Assembly: GCF_902713615.1 (NCBI RefSeq)
Contig: NC_052148.1
Coordinates: forward strand, 134,404,569-134,468,568
DNA length: 64,000 nt
Reading direction: 5' to 3'
Source: Scyliorhinus canicula
Taxonomy: Eukaryota
Shown here: positions 48,430 to 61,319 of the stretch, in pieces
How the letters are laid out: each line of letters opens with the position of its first letter
Numbering within the stretch: position 1 is the stretch's first letter
Made by a program: the position numbers and the translations under genes
The notes under the pieces: model-generated
What the model was told of the DNA's origin: nothing
The model's input: only the letters and a program-made list of their open reading frames with translations
The model's database searches: none

Positions 48430-51400
48430 CATGATTAATTAAAAATGTTGTACTCAAGGAGCTGGGGAGGAAACGTACTCATGATTTGAAAACATTTTAT
48501 ATATAGAGTTTGAGTGTGATTCAGTAAAATCCAAAAGTAGGGTTCTTAAGTCTTAATAAATCAAACTAATAGGTATAAGGGGAGAACTGGCCAAGATAGA
48601 TAGGAAATCTATATTGAAAGATAGGAAGGTCAGGTGGCACAAGTGGTTAACACTGCTGCCTCACGGCGCCGAGGTCCCAGGTTCAATCCCATTGTCCGTG
48701 TGGAGTTTACAAATTCTTCCCCTGTCGGCCTGGGTCTCACCCCCACAACCGAAAAGATGTGCAGGGTAGGTGGATTTGCCACACTAAATTGCCCCTTAAT
48801 TGGAAAATAAAATAATTGGATACTCTAAAAAAATGTTTAAAAAGAAAAAGGTAGATAAGGAATAGCAACTTTTTAAATAATTAATTCATAAAACACAATT
48901 AATAGTTAATCTCTGAAGAAATAAATAAAATTGCCATGGGAAATAGGTTACAACCACGGCTACCAAGATTAGTTACAGATATAATCAAATTAAAAGTGTC
49001 CTGGAGTTTCCACATAGAACAGGATGTGTACTCCAAGAGGCTGAGATACTCTGCCATGCCTCTATTTGACAATTTAACTAACAAAGCACTGGCAAAGACA
49101 AATAGTACTAGAATAGGAAATAATAAGGTATTAGGGGAGGCACAAAAAGGAGGAACATAATAAGGTTTAAACTAAGTTTTCAGTACATGTATGTGAGTGC
49201 ACAGGGTAAATAAGGTTGGAGAGCTGCAGGTGCAGTAATCCTATGGGAGTATGATTCAGGGCTCAAAATAAAGTGCAGGACTGGGTAGTCAACATTCCTG
49301 CATACAAAGTGTTCGAAAGGATGGCAATGTAGATTAAAGATGGTGTTACAGTGCTGGAGAAAGATGTTCTAGAGGGTCAAGGACAGGATCAATTTAGTTA
49401 GTGCTCAGAAATAATATAGGTACCATTACACTATTATTCTATAGACCTCCAAATAGTGGGAAAGATATAGAAATAAGTTTGCAAGGAAATTAAATTTGGT
49501 GTAAAAAGTATATAATGATAATAAGGAACTTTACATCATTACTATCCTAATCTGAATCAAGATGAATAAAGGACAGAGAAGCAGAAGAGAATTTTCTACA
49601 TTATTGTGTTTCCAGTCCAATAAGGAAAGAGGCATTGTTGGATCCGGTTCTGGGAGTGAGGTGTGTCTACTGCACCAAGCGTCAGTAGGTGAACATTTAA
49701 GGGACAGTGCTCAAAGTACTGTACAGTTTAGCTGGCTATGGAAAAGAACAAAGAGTAGTCCAGAGTAAAAATAATTAAATGAGGGAGGACCAATTTCAAT
49801 AGGTGAGAAAGGATCCAACTCAGGGAAACTGGAATCAAAAGCTGGCAAGCAAAACTGGAATTCGAAAAATTAAAAGCCTTTAAAGAGGCCATTGTTTGGA
49901 TACATTTCAGATACATGGGCAGCACAGTGGCATGTGTGTAAAAAAAACTTGCCTTGTACATCTCCTCTAACCCTTGCCCCTCGCACCTAGTAGTGCTGCC
50001 TCACGGCATCGAGGTCCCAGGTTTGATCCCGGCTCTGGGTCACTGTCCGTGTGGAGTTTGCACAGAAAATACTCCCCGTGTTTGGGTGCGTTTTGCCCCT
50101 ATAACCCAAAGATGTGCAGGGTACGCTAATTGGGGAAAACATTGAGTATAATTTTTTTTTTAATATTTCAGATACATTCCCATGAGGGAGAAGATAGAAC
50201 AAAGAAAAGTACAGCACAGGGACAGGCCTTTCGGCCCTCCAAGCCTGTGCCGACCATGCTGCCCATCTAAACTAAAATCTTCTACACTTCCTGGGTCCGT
50301 ATTCCTCTATTGCCATCCTATTCATGTATTTGTCAAGATGTCCCTTAAATGTCACTATCGTCCCTGCTTCCACCACCTCCTCCGGCAGCGAGTTCCAGGC
50401 ACCCACTAGCCTCTGTGTAAAAAAACTTGCCTTGTACATCTCCTCTAACCCTTGCCCCTCGCACCTTAAACCTATGCCCCCTTGTAATTGACCCCTCTAC
50501 CCTGGTAAAAAGCCTCTGACTATCCACTCTGTCTATGCCACTCATAATTTTGTAGACCTCTATCAGGTCGCTCCTCAACCTCTGTCGTTCCAGTGAGATC
50601 AAACAGAGTTTATTCAACCGCTCCTCATAGCTAATGCCCCCCATATCAGGCAACATCCTGGTAAATCTCTTCTGCAAGCTCTCTAAAGCCTCCACATCCT
50701 TCTGGTAGTGGCGAACAGAATTGAACACTGTAGAACAATTCAGAGCTCTCTGAATGCCCTAGCTGACAACAGAAAGAGAGAGCAAGAAGCAGAAAGCAGC
50801 GCGCATGGTAGATGTCAGGTTGATAACACGAGAACAAGGCTGAATACAGAAATTGCAGAGTGTAAGTGTAAGAAGAAATAGAGGCAGCAAATAAACAGTA
50901 TGAGAAAAGACTGGCAGCCAACATAAAAGGTAATCCAGAAGTCTTCTCTAGGCATATAAATAGTAAACAAAAACATAGTAAAAGGAGTAAGACTAATTAT
51001 GGGACCAAAGAAGGCGATTTACACATGGAAGGGGGCATGATTGAGGTACTAATTCACACTTTGTCAAAGAAGAGTCTGCCGAAGTCTCAGTGAAAAATTA
51101 GGTAATTAAGATTCTGGATGGGCTAAAGTTTTGATAAAGTGGAGATAACAGAAAGGCTGGCTCTAATTCAAGTTGAAACGTCAGGACTAAACTAGATTCA
51201 TCTGAGGAAATTGAGGAAGTGTGGAAATTTCAGAGACGGACCATAATCTTCCTATCCTCCCTAGAAATGGAGTGGTGCCAGAGGGCTGGAGAATTGCAAA
51301 TGTTACATCCCTGTAGAATGCAAGGATAAACCTAGCAACTCCATGCCAATCAGTTTAATCACAGCGGTGGGAATACCTTCGTAAACAATAATCAGAGACA

Positions 51401-51500
51401 AGATTAACAATAACTTGTATAAATATGGCTTAGTTAGGAGAAGCCAGTGCTGGTTTACGTGTGAATCCTGTTTAACTAATTTGATTGAGCTTTTCATGTA
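48430..51500 (+). mobile_element. Degenerate CR1 LINE fragments with nested V-SINEs (about 48630-48835, 49917-50164)
   Basis: APE and RT relics (NIPAYKVF, YRPPNSG, WRIANVT, SCLTNLIE); SINE TSD atttcagatacat (49904-49916 and 50165-50177). Confidence 0.75.
50194..50710 (-). mobile_element. Younger CR1 3' fragment
   Basis: ORF 50345..50728 HYQKDVEALESLQKRFTRMLP...RLRSDLIEVYKIM, and a CR1 tail at 50194-50260. Confidence 0.92.
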
Positions 51501-52199
51501 ACCATACGACTTAAGCCATTCAGCCCTCAAGGCAGCTCCGGCATTTGACAAGATGATGGCTGATCAAACTGTGCCCTCAGTTCTATTTTCCTGTCTATCC
51601 CCATAGCCTAGGGTTCCCTTGTCAATCAAGAATCTATTGAGCTCAGCCATAAAATATTCAATCACCCAGCCTCTACTGCTCTCTGGGGAACAGAATTCCA
51701 ATCTAATGACCATCAGAAAAAAATAATTTCTCATCTTCTGTCTTAAATGGGAGTCCCCTTATTTTTAAACTGTGCCCCCTCATTCTAGAGGCAAGATAAA
51801 CATCCCTTCTGTCTCCAACCTGTGTGCCCCCCTCACAAACTTTATTTTAATGCGTTCACTGCTCATTCTTCAAAACTCCAATGGTCACAGGCCCAACCTA
51901 TCCAACCTTTCCTCATAAGGTTACACCTTCATCCTAGGAGTCAAGTCGAGTGAACCTTTTCTGAACTGCTTCTAATGCAATTATATGCTTTCTTAAATAA
52001 GGAGACCAAAACTGTATACAGTACTCAGGATGTGTAGGGTGGTACAATGGCATAGTGGTTGGCAGTGCTGCCTCAAGGCAGTCTCCGCTTAATCTCCATA
52101 ATGTAGAGACGACTGCATTCGGAGCAGGGAATATAAAAGATCCCCATGAGATGGTTGAGAGAGTTGGTAGGTTTGTAGTGAATATTGATATAATGAATA

Positions 52200-52385
52200 T
52201 TCTATCCCTCTCTCACCTTCACATACTCTTGACACTTCCGTTCCTTGACCTCTGTGTCTCCATTTCTGGCAACAGACTGACCACCGTTTTCATTACAAAC
52301 CTAGATATTGCCAGACCTGCTGAGTTCATCCAGCATTTTCTGTTTTTATTTCAGATTTCAAACAGCTGGAGTATTTTGCTTTTAT
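52200..52385 (+). mobile_element. Penelope-like remnant (RT motif plus terminal repeat fragment)
   Basis: LPFLDLCVSISGNRLTT resembles the PLE RT FLD motif. It is followed by cagacctgctgag..ccagcattttctg, shared with 63780-63840 and (minus) 17670-17710. Confidence 0.6.
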
Positions 52386-54004
52386 TTATGCCTTCACAAT
52401 CATATGCTTTGTATAGACTACTTATCTCCTCTTGACAACTCACTTTCCTACCTTTGCATCATCAGCAAATTTAGCAACCATATATTCAGTCCCTTCATCC
52501 AAGTAATTGATATAGATTGTATATAGTCGAGGCCCCAGCATAGATCCCTATGGTACTCCATTGATCACAACTTACCAACCTGAAAATTATCCATTTATCC
52601 CTACCCTCTGCTTCCTATTAGCTAACCAATCCTCTATACATGCCAATAAGTTAACCCTTACACTATGAGCTCCCCTGTTGCGCAGTAAGCTTTGCTGTGG
52701 CACGTTATCAAATGCATTTTGGAAATCCAAGTACACCTTACATGTCAGATTCTTCTTTATCCATGTTATCTGTTACTTCCTCAAAGAACTCTAATGGACT
52801 AAATAAACATGGTTTCTCTTTCACAAATCCATGGTAACTCTGCCTGATCACATTATGATTTAAGTACCCTGCTTTAATCTCCTTAATAATAGATTCCAGT
52901 ATTTTGCCTATGAGAGACATTAAGCTGGCTGATGAAGTGCCAAGGAGCATTAATGAGGAGACTGTGGTTGATACAACATGTCCACCCACTCCATCAATCT
53001 TTGTCTTCTTGAAGTATATCACTATCCTCCTCACAGCTCACAATTAAGTTGTGCGTCAAGTTCAAATTTTGAAATAATGCCCATCAAACCTAAACCATTA
53101 ACACGGATTTTTAAAACGCAGTGGTTCTAATAGGGAACGCTAGGAAACTCCACTATACACCTTCCTCCAGTATGAAAAACAATTGTTCACCACTACTCCG
53201 TTACCTGTCACTCAGCCAAATTAGTACCCATCCTCCCTCTGTCCCTTTTATTCCGTGGGCTGGCAAGCCCATTATGTGGCACTTTATCAATCACCTTTTG
53301 GAAGTTCACCTAATCAAATCAGCCGCCTACTGGAAAACCATATAAATAACATCCAAAAACAATCCCTTGTCCACTACTTTAATCACCGATTCATGCAATT
53401 AAATCAGTTTCATCAAGCATTGGCTACACTTTACAAATCAATGTTGACTCTCTGTGATCAACTGAAAATTTCAGTTTTCAGTCATTCAATCCTTAATTAT
53501 AGATGTTAAATGTTTTACTGACAATGGATCTTAACCTAACTGGTCTTCAATTCCTTGGTTTCCCCCTCTCTCCTTTCTCAAGAGTGAAATGTGCAATTTT
53601 CAATCTAAAGGACTGGTTTCCAAATCAAGAGAACTTTGCAGCTGCCCTAACTATAACCGTCCAAAGTTTTCAGCTACTTCCCTTAAGAATGGGAATCATC
53701 TGGTCCTGCGGATCCACCACCCTTTATCATCATTATTTTCTTTATTACTGTGAATTTGCTTCCAGCAATTTTAATGCTGGATCGTAACATCTCCTCCAAA
53801 CCACACAACCTTCCACTGCAAAAACTGACGCAAAGTAATTATGATTCATGCACACCATTTCCTTATCATTGACAACACCATCATTATCAGTTTAAGAGGG
53901 CCACATCACTCCTGCCTATTCTCTTTAACCAAAAGGAATTGTAATGTTGCTAATTTTGATACCTCTTGCAAGTTTCTTTCATACTCCCTTTTTAAAGCCC
54001 TGTT

Positions 54005-54190
54005 TTGGCATCCTTTGTTGTTCTTGCAACAATTGAAGGAGAAATTGCAGGTAATAACAGAGGACGAAGAAGAAAGATCAGATCGGCAGATAACATTAAG
54101 ATGTGGCTAGAGGGGGGCTTGGAAAAAGCCAAAGAAGCAAGGCGGTGCCAATGGTCCCATCAAGGCTATGGTGTAAATGGACACGGTTTT
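54005..54190 (+). mobile_element. Possible RTE-type LINE 3' fragment
   Basis: IEGEIAGNNRGRRRKIRSADNIKMW resembles the G.i.G.R.RGR....W.D.ik.W C-terminus of RTE ORFs. Confidence 0.5.
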
Positions 54191-55624
54191 CTGCATTTTT
54201 CCCAATAACCAGGACCGTTACGAGTTTTTTTGCATTTTTCTGTTTTGCCTTTAGATTTTTGCTGTCCACTGCCTCTTTTAGTCATCCATTACGTTTTTTT
54301 TGGCGAGTGCAGTACTTCTATCACGTGAAATGCTTCTTGAACACCACTCACTCATCTTTTGTCATTTTACCCATGAACAGATTTGCCCAGTTTACTTGGA
54401 ACAGCCTCCGTCCGATTACACTGAAGTCAGCCTTATCTAATTATAGAATTTTAGTAGCTGTTGTGCGCTTCACAGTCACATTAGCTTTGCTATTTGATAA
54501 ACGTCCATTCACAATAAGCTATTAACTGAACGTGGCTCATTAAATCTAATAACCAAACTTGTTGGTTCTCGGACATGTTGCAGGAAACTATCCCGAACAC
54601 AATAAAGTCACTACCTTTCAAATATGAGTTGATTGGCTTATACTAATCGATGTAAAAGTTGAAATCCCTCATTGAAGTTATTGCTTGACTACATGCCTGT
54701 TTGATTTCTATATCTATGCATTCTACTACTTCACAGGAGCTAATGGGTACGCCCACTCTCGTCTTAAATCGTTCTATGTTTCTTAATTCTACCCATGTCT
54801 TCAAAGCCTTTTGCTGCTTGTCAACTCCTCCCTCATCATTGAAAGTGATTCTATTTTTACTCACCAAGGCTACTCTCCTCTCCCATTACTATCTTCCTCA
54901 TCTTTCTTGTAGACCTTATATCTTGGTATATTTAGCTTCCAGTCCTGACCTTCTTGCAACCATGCCTCCAAAAGAACTACGATGGTATTCCCTCCAAGTT
55001 GAATTTGAATCTGCAAATCATTAAATTTATTCCCTATACTCAAGTGATTTGTATAAAGAATGCTCATTTAAATCATATACCTTAACTCATCCTTTTGCCC
55101 TAATGTTTTACTGACCCATTTAATTCCTCCCTTTGATTTAATTACATCTTATCTTTTAACTTTCCCTATACCTGCAGTATCTGAAGCAGTTTCGGATTGT
55201 TAGTCTACTCCCTTTCATTTGTTTTAGAACCATTATTTATACTAACTTTTCCACTTGGGCCCTCCATTCCAATTACTAGTTTAAAGTTGTGACTGCCCTA
55301 TTTATCCTTTATGCTGGGGCCCTAGTGGAGGCTGTTCCAATGATACAGTTGTTTACTGTACCAGTATTGGTTCCAATGTATCAACCCCTCTTTTCCACAC
55401 CTCCTTCAACTGCATGTTCACTTCCCCAATCTGCTAATCCTTACACCAATTTGACATCTTGGATAATAATTCCGAGATTCTAACACGTGAAGTCCTGTTC
55501 ACTATCTTAGGTCCCAGCTCTCGATACTCTCCAACAGGACCTCTTACTAACTCTATCCTCTGTTGTTGGTCCTAACATGGATCACAATGACTCCAAACTT
55601 TCCCTATACTTCTCCACCGATATG

Positions 55625-57175
55625 CAGTCGAGGGGAGAGTTGTCCAGAGAGTCTTCAACATTGATACCAAGCCCATGAGGTTTCATAGCATCTAGTCAAA
55701 CATGGACATGGAAACCTCCTGCTGATTGACATCTATTGCCACTCCTTTTCTGATGGATCTGTACTCCTTCATCTTGAACACTGATCGGAAGTAGTACAGA
55801 GGATGGCAAAGGCACAGAATAACTATGAGTGGGAAACTTCAAAGTCCATCGCCAAGAGTGGTTCTGTAGCAACACCACTAGCTGAGCTGGCCATGTGCTA
55901 ACGGTCATAGCTGATAGGTTTCATCTGGAGGTGATAAGGGAGTCAAAGAGGGGATCCAAGAAGGAGGAAATGCCTACTTGACCTCATCCTCACCAATCTA
56001 TCCGTCACTGATCCATCTGTCCATGATAGTATAAATAGGATGGGATAAACTTCAAAAAGATCTAGCTACTCAAAGCTGGGCACTCATGAGGTGGGGCCGG
56101 CCATCAGCAACAGCAGAATTGTATTCAACTACATTCTGCAACCTCATGGTGCTTAATATCAGCAGGGAGGTAAACCCTGGTTTAATGAAGAGTACAGGCA
56201 GGCATTCCAGGAGCAGCACCAGGCACAGCTAAAAATTAGGTGTCAACCTGGTGAAGCTACAACACAGAATTACACGTATGCCAAATAACGTGAACAGTAT
56301 GTATAGGCAGACAAGAGATAAACAAACTCCACAACCAACTCTGCAGTCCTACCACAACCAGTCATGAGTGGTGCTGGACAATTAAACAACTAACTGGAAG
56401 AGGCTCCACAAATATCCCCATCCTCAATGATGGTAGATCCCAACACATCATACATAAGGCAAGGCTGAAGCATTTTCAACCATCTTCAGCCAGAAGTGCC
56501 GAGCGGATGATCCAATGAGCCTTCTTGAGGTCACCAACATCACAAGACGCCAGACTTCAGCCAATTAGATTCACTCCACATGACATCATCAAGAAATGGC
56601 TGAAGACACTGGACACTGCGCTAGCTATGAACCCTGACAACATTCTGACAATCATACTGAAGATTTGTGCTCCAGAACTTGCTGCGCATGTATCCAAGCT
56701 GTTCCAATACAGCTACAACACTGGCATCTATCCAGCAATGTGGAAAAATGGGCAGGTATATCCTGTCCATAAATATCTAGTCAATTACTGCCCCATAGCA
56801 AAGTGAGCGAAGGGGTCATTGACGGCGCTGTCAAATCGCACTCACTGAGCAATAACCTGCTCATTTTGAGTTCCGCCAGGGTCACTGAGCTTTCGACCTC
56901 ATTACAGCCTTTGACCAAACATGGACAAAATAGCTGAACTCCAGAGGTGAGGTGAGAGTGACCATCAAGGCAGCATATGACTTAATGTGGCATCAAGAAA
57001 CCCAAGCAAACCTAGAGTAAATAGAAACTTCAGGTACTGAAGTAGTCAGTGTCCATTTACAACAAGATCTGGAAAACATTCTGGTTTGGATGGAAAGGTG
57101 GCAAGTAATAGTCACACCACTCAAGTGCCAAGCAATGACCATCTCCAACATGAGAGAATCCAACCATTATTCCTT
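55625..57175 (+). mobile_element. Zenon-like LINE APE/RT fragment
   Basis: ORF 56525..56806 LQPIRFTPHDI.KKWLKTLDTA.AMNPDNI...CAPELAA..SKLFQYSYNTGIYPAMWK; colinear with about 9820-11165. Confidence 0.82.
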
Positions 57176-57600
57176 ATTCTACTCATTGGAATTTTAAAAA
57201 GAGTGAGAAGTGATCTCATTGAAACATATAGGATTCTTTAGGGGCTTGACAGGGTTAATACTGAGAGGATGTTTCCCCTCATGGAGGAGTCTAGGACCAG
57301 AGGGCATAGTCTCAGAATAAAGGGGCGCCAATTTAAGACGGAGATGAGGAGGAATTTCCTCTCTCAGAGGGTGGTGTGTCTTTGGAACTCCTTGCCTCAG
57401 AAAGCTGTGGGGGCAGGGGCTGAGAGTATATTAAGGCTGAGACAGATTTTTGATTAGCAAAGGAATCAGGGTTACTGGGAGAAGGCAGGAAAGTGGATGT
57501 GGGGAATGTCAGATCAACCATCATCCTATTGAATGGCGGAGCAGGTTCGAGGGGCCAAATGGCCTACTCCTGGTCATATTTCTTATAGTCTTATGGTCTG
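57175..57600 (+). mobile_element. CR1 3' fragment
   Basis: SRTRGHSLRIKG..FKTEMRRNFLSQRVV.LWNSLP and the 3' UTR. Confidence 0.9.
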
Positions 57601-58748
57601 GGATTTATAAATAGGCGATGTGGAACACAAGTGCAAAAGAAGTAACCTAAATCTATACAAATAATTAGTTAGGCCACAATTGGAATATTTAGTCCTGTTT
57701 GCTGTGCCCTACTTGAGGAAGAATTTCACAGACATTAAACAATTGCATAAATATATTAAGTTGATAATACAGATCACAGTTTAGTTTAAGAGGAAGTAAA
57801 ACAGAATCGTTGCAGTGGAACAGAGGAAGTTAAGATGAGGCTTGAAACAGAGCTATATTAACTAGGAGTCATAAACCACGCAGAAAAAATACATTGGTTG
57901 GCAAGTCTGTAACAAGACATAGACTTAATTCATTTATTTTCATTGCCATTTGCCACCCCACCCCACCCCCTCTCCTTACTGAGTCATTTTTTCCTTCAAT
58001 TATTTTCAGGTTCCCATCTCCATTATTCTACCTGGAAGTCTATTCCCTTTTTTGTGCAAATAACTTTGTGACTGGAATGTACAATTGCCCAATTTGCAGT
58101 GAAGATCAATAATATAGTTCCTATTGGTGAAGATAATACTTTTCCTCTTCTAGCATGCTCTTTATGGATGGAAGATAGAATAGTTCAGATTACAACACAA
58201 AAAGGACAGAAGTTTCAGCTGTTTCCAAGCAGCAAATGATGTGATTGAATACCTGCCTGGTATTCACATCAAAACTTCACATTATTCAGCAACTTCACAT
58301 TATTCAACAATTCAAATTAAGTGGCTTTGAATTAACAATAGACTATAGTGATATTGCAAAATGCTATCCAGAACACAGCTACACATACGAGTATTTCTTA
58401 GACCATGACATGTATGTTTCTCCCATGCGAGTGACTAGGTAATCCAAATTTATTGGCGTTTTATAACTAACATCAGAGTTATCTGTCATGGCAATGATCT
58501 GTACTTTGACTTCCCTATGACACTGAACAGTTCAGCAACTTCATTATTCCACTTTCATAGACAGAACCTTCCAGTCACATCACACAACTTATCAGAAAAA
58601 TCTGCCTACAATTTTCCATTTACTGTCCTTTTTGGGAAGAAAAAGGTACACCTTGCACAGCACCTGATTATCTATGGTAGTGAACCTTGGAAAGGTGCAT
58701 TTTAAAATCAAATTGTATTTATACAGCAAGATTTGCAAGAACAGTGGA

Positions 58749-60900
58749 GAGCGAGAGCGGGAGAGACAGACAGAGAGCGGGAGAGACAGACAGAGAGCGG
58801 GAGANNNNNNNNNNNNNNNNNNNNNNNNNNNNNNNNNNNNNNNNNNNNNNNNNNNNNNNNNNNNNNNNNNNNNNNNNNNNNNNNNNNNNNNNNNNNNNNN
58901 NNNNNNNNNNNNNNNNNNNNNNNNNNNNNNNNNNNNNNNNNNNNNNNNNNNNNNNNNNNNNNNNNNNNNNNNNNNNNNNNNNNNNNNNNNNNNNNNNNNN
59001 NNNNNNNNNNNNNNNNNNNNNNNNNNNNNNNNNNNNNNNNNNNNNNNNNNNNNNNNNNNNNNNNNNNNNNNNNNNNGACACCCCCACAGACACCCCCACA
59101 GACACCCCCACAGACACCCCCACAGACACCCCCACAGACACCCCCACAGACACCCCCACAGACACCCCCACAGACACCCCCACAGACACCCCCACAGACA
59201 CCCCCACAGACACCCCCACAGACACCCCCACAGACACCCCCACAGACACCCCCACAGACACCCACCAGACACCCACACAGACACCCACCAGACACACACC
59301 AGACACACACCAGACACCCACCAGACACCCACCAGACACCCACCAGACACACACACGCACAACAGAGACCCACACACCAGACACCCACACACACACACCA
59401 GACACCCACACACACACCAGACACACACACACACCAGACACACACACACATACCAGACATANNNNNNNNNNNNNNNNNNNNNNNNNNNNNNNNNNNNNNN
59501 NNNNNNNNNNNNNNNNNNNNNNNNNNNNNNNNNNNNNNNNNNNNNNNNNNNNNNNNNNNNNNNNNNNNNNNNNNNNNNNNNNNNNNNNNNNNNNNNNNNN
59601 NNNNNNNNNNNNNNNNNNNNNNNNNNNNNNNNNNNNNNNNNNNNNNNNNNNNNNNNNNNNNNNNNNNNNNNNNNNNNNNNNNNNNNNNNNNNNNNNNNNN
59701 NNNNNNNNNNNNNNNNNNNNNNNNNNNNNNNNNNNNNNNNNNNNNNNNNNNNNNNNNNNNNNNNNNNNNNNNGAGNNNNNNNNNNNNNNNNNNNNNNNNN
59801 NNNNNNNNNNNNNNNNNNNNNNNNNNNNNNNNNNNNNNNNNNNNNNNNNNNNNNNNNNNNNNNNNNNNNNNNNNNNNNNNNNNNNNNNNNNNNNNNNNNN
59901 NNNNNNNNNNNNNNNNNNNNNNNNNNNNNNNNNNNNNNNNNNNNNNNNNNNNNNNNNNNNNNNNNNNNNNNNNNNNNNNNNNNNNNNNNNNNNNNNNNNN
60001 NNNNNNNNNNNNNNNNNNNNNNNNNNNNNNNNNNNNNNNNNNNNNNNNNNNNNNNNNNNNNNNNNNNNNNNNNNNNNNNNNNNNNNNNNNNNNNNNNNNN
60101 NNNNNNNNNNNNNNNNNNNNNNNNNNNNNNNNNNNNNNNNNNNNNNNNNNNNNNNNNNNNNNNNNNNNNNNNNNNNNNNNNNNNNNNNNNNNNNNNNNNN
60201 NNNNNNNNNNNNNNNNNNNNNNNNNNNNNNNNNNNNNNNNNNNNNNNNNNNNNNNNNNNNNNNNNNNNNNNNNNNNNNNNNNNNNNNNNNNNNNNNNNNN
60301 NNNNNNNNNNNNNNNNNNNNNNNNNNNNNNNNNNNNNNNNNNNNNNNNNNNNNNNNNNNNNNNNNNNNNNNNNNNNNNNNNNNNNNNNNNNNNNNNNNNN
60401 NNNNNNNNNNNNNNNNNNNNNNNNNNNNNNNNNNNNNNNNNNNNNNNNNNNNNNNNNNNNNNNNNNNNNNNNNNNNNNNNNNNNNNNNNNNNNNNNNNNN
60501 NNNNNNNNNNNNNNNNNNNNNNNNNNNNNNNNNNNNNNNNNNNNNNNNNNNNNNNNNNNNNNNNNNNNNNNNNNNNNNNNNNNNNNNNNNNNNNNNNNNN
60601 NNNNNNNNNNNNNNNNNNNNNNNNNNNNNNNNNNNNNNNNNNNNNNNNNNNNNNNNNNNNNNNNNNNNNNNNNNNNNNNNNNNNNNNNNNNNNNNNNNNN
60701 NNNNNNNNNNNNNNNNCGGATACACACCGGATACACACCGGATACACACCGGATACACACCGGATACACACCAAATACACACCGGATACACACCGGATAC
60801 ACACCGGATACACACCGGATACACACCGGATACACACCAGAGAGACAGACAGGGAGTCACAGAAAGAGAGAAAGAGAGAGAGTGAGAAAGAAAGGAAGAG
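58749..60900. repeat. Gapped minisatellite/low-complexity block: (GAGAGCGGGAGAGACAGACA)n, (GACACCCCCACA)n at 59076-59260, CA-rich tract, (CCGGATACACA)n at 60717-60838, with N-gaps
   Basis: Directly visible tandem units of 20, 12 and 11 bp separated by N runs. Confidence 0.97.
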
Positions 60901-61319
60901 AGACTACGGGGAGATGCCAGGCAACTATATTTGGGACAAGAGTCATTGGAAGGCTCTTCTGAGCCCTTTTAGCAGCCACCCGAAAAGCAACATTAGAAGA
61001 GTTCAGTAATTAGAAGCACATCCCCCACCCACTCTCCAACCCAAAGTGAATGCTTGATCAAGAGAGAAAACACAGAATTCTGCCCTTAAAAGTAAATAGA
61101 AACAAAATACGAACCCTACATTGTCTTATGTTGTGTCATGGAAGAACATGCTGCAACCTGGAGTAGTTGAGGTGAATAACATAGCTGCTTTTAAAGGAAG
61201 GCACACGAACAAACAAGGAACAGAAGAATATGTTGTTGGGGTGAAATGAACTGAAACGAGAGGAGGCTCATGTAGCTCAGATTTGTTGAGCTGAATGGGT
61301 CTGGAGGAGATTACAAAAT

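Larger units (their letters stand above)
51500..55580 (-). mobile_element. Degenerate CR1 fragments on the minus strand
   Basis: IGKILESIIKE..RQSYHGFVK (52738..3034 ORF region), EAWLQEGQDWKLNIPRYKVY, MRDFN, and a CR1 3' UTR at 51500-51620. Confidence 0.78.

Noticed and set aside
826-50164. tRNA genes suggested by the many A/B-box sequences
   Set aside because: All continue into SINE cores and tails, often with TSDs; none forms a complete cloverleaf.
54030-54055. EGEIAG resembling UBE2K RGEIAG of the upstream exon
   Set aside because: Wrong strand, flanking residues do not match, and the context looks like an RTE-type LINE C-terminus.
59076-59260. CRISPR-like regular repeat
   Set aside because: Head-to-tail 12-mers with no spacers, in vertebrate DNA.
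58592-61009. Six ORFs of 700+ aa
   Set aside because: They are artefacts of N-runs and stop-free tandem repeats and have no coding content.
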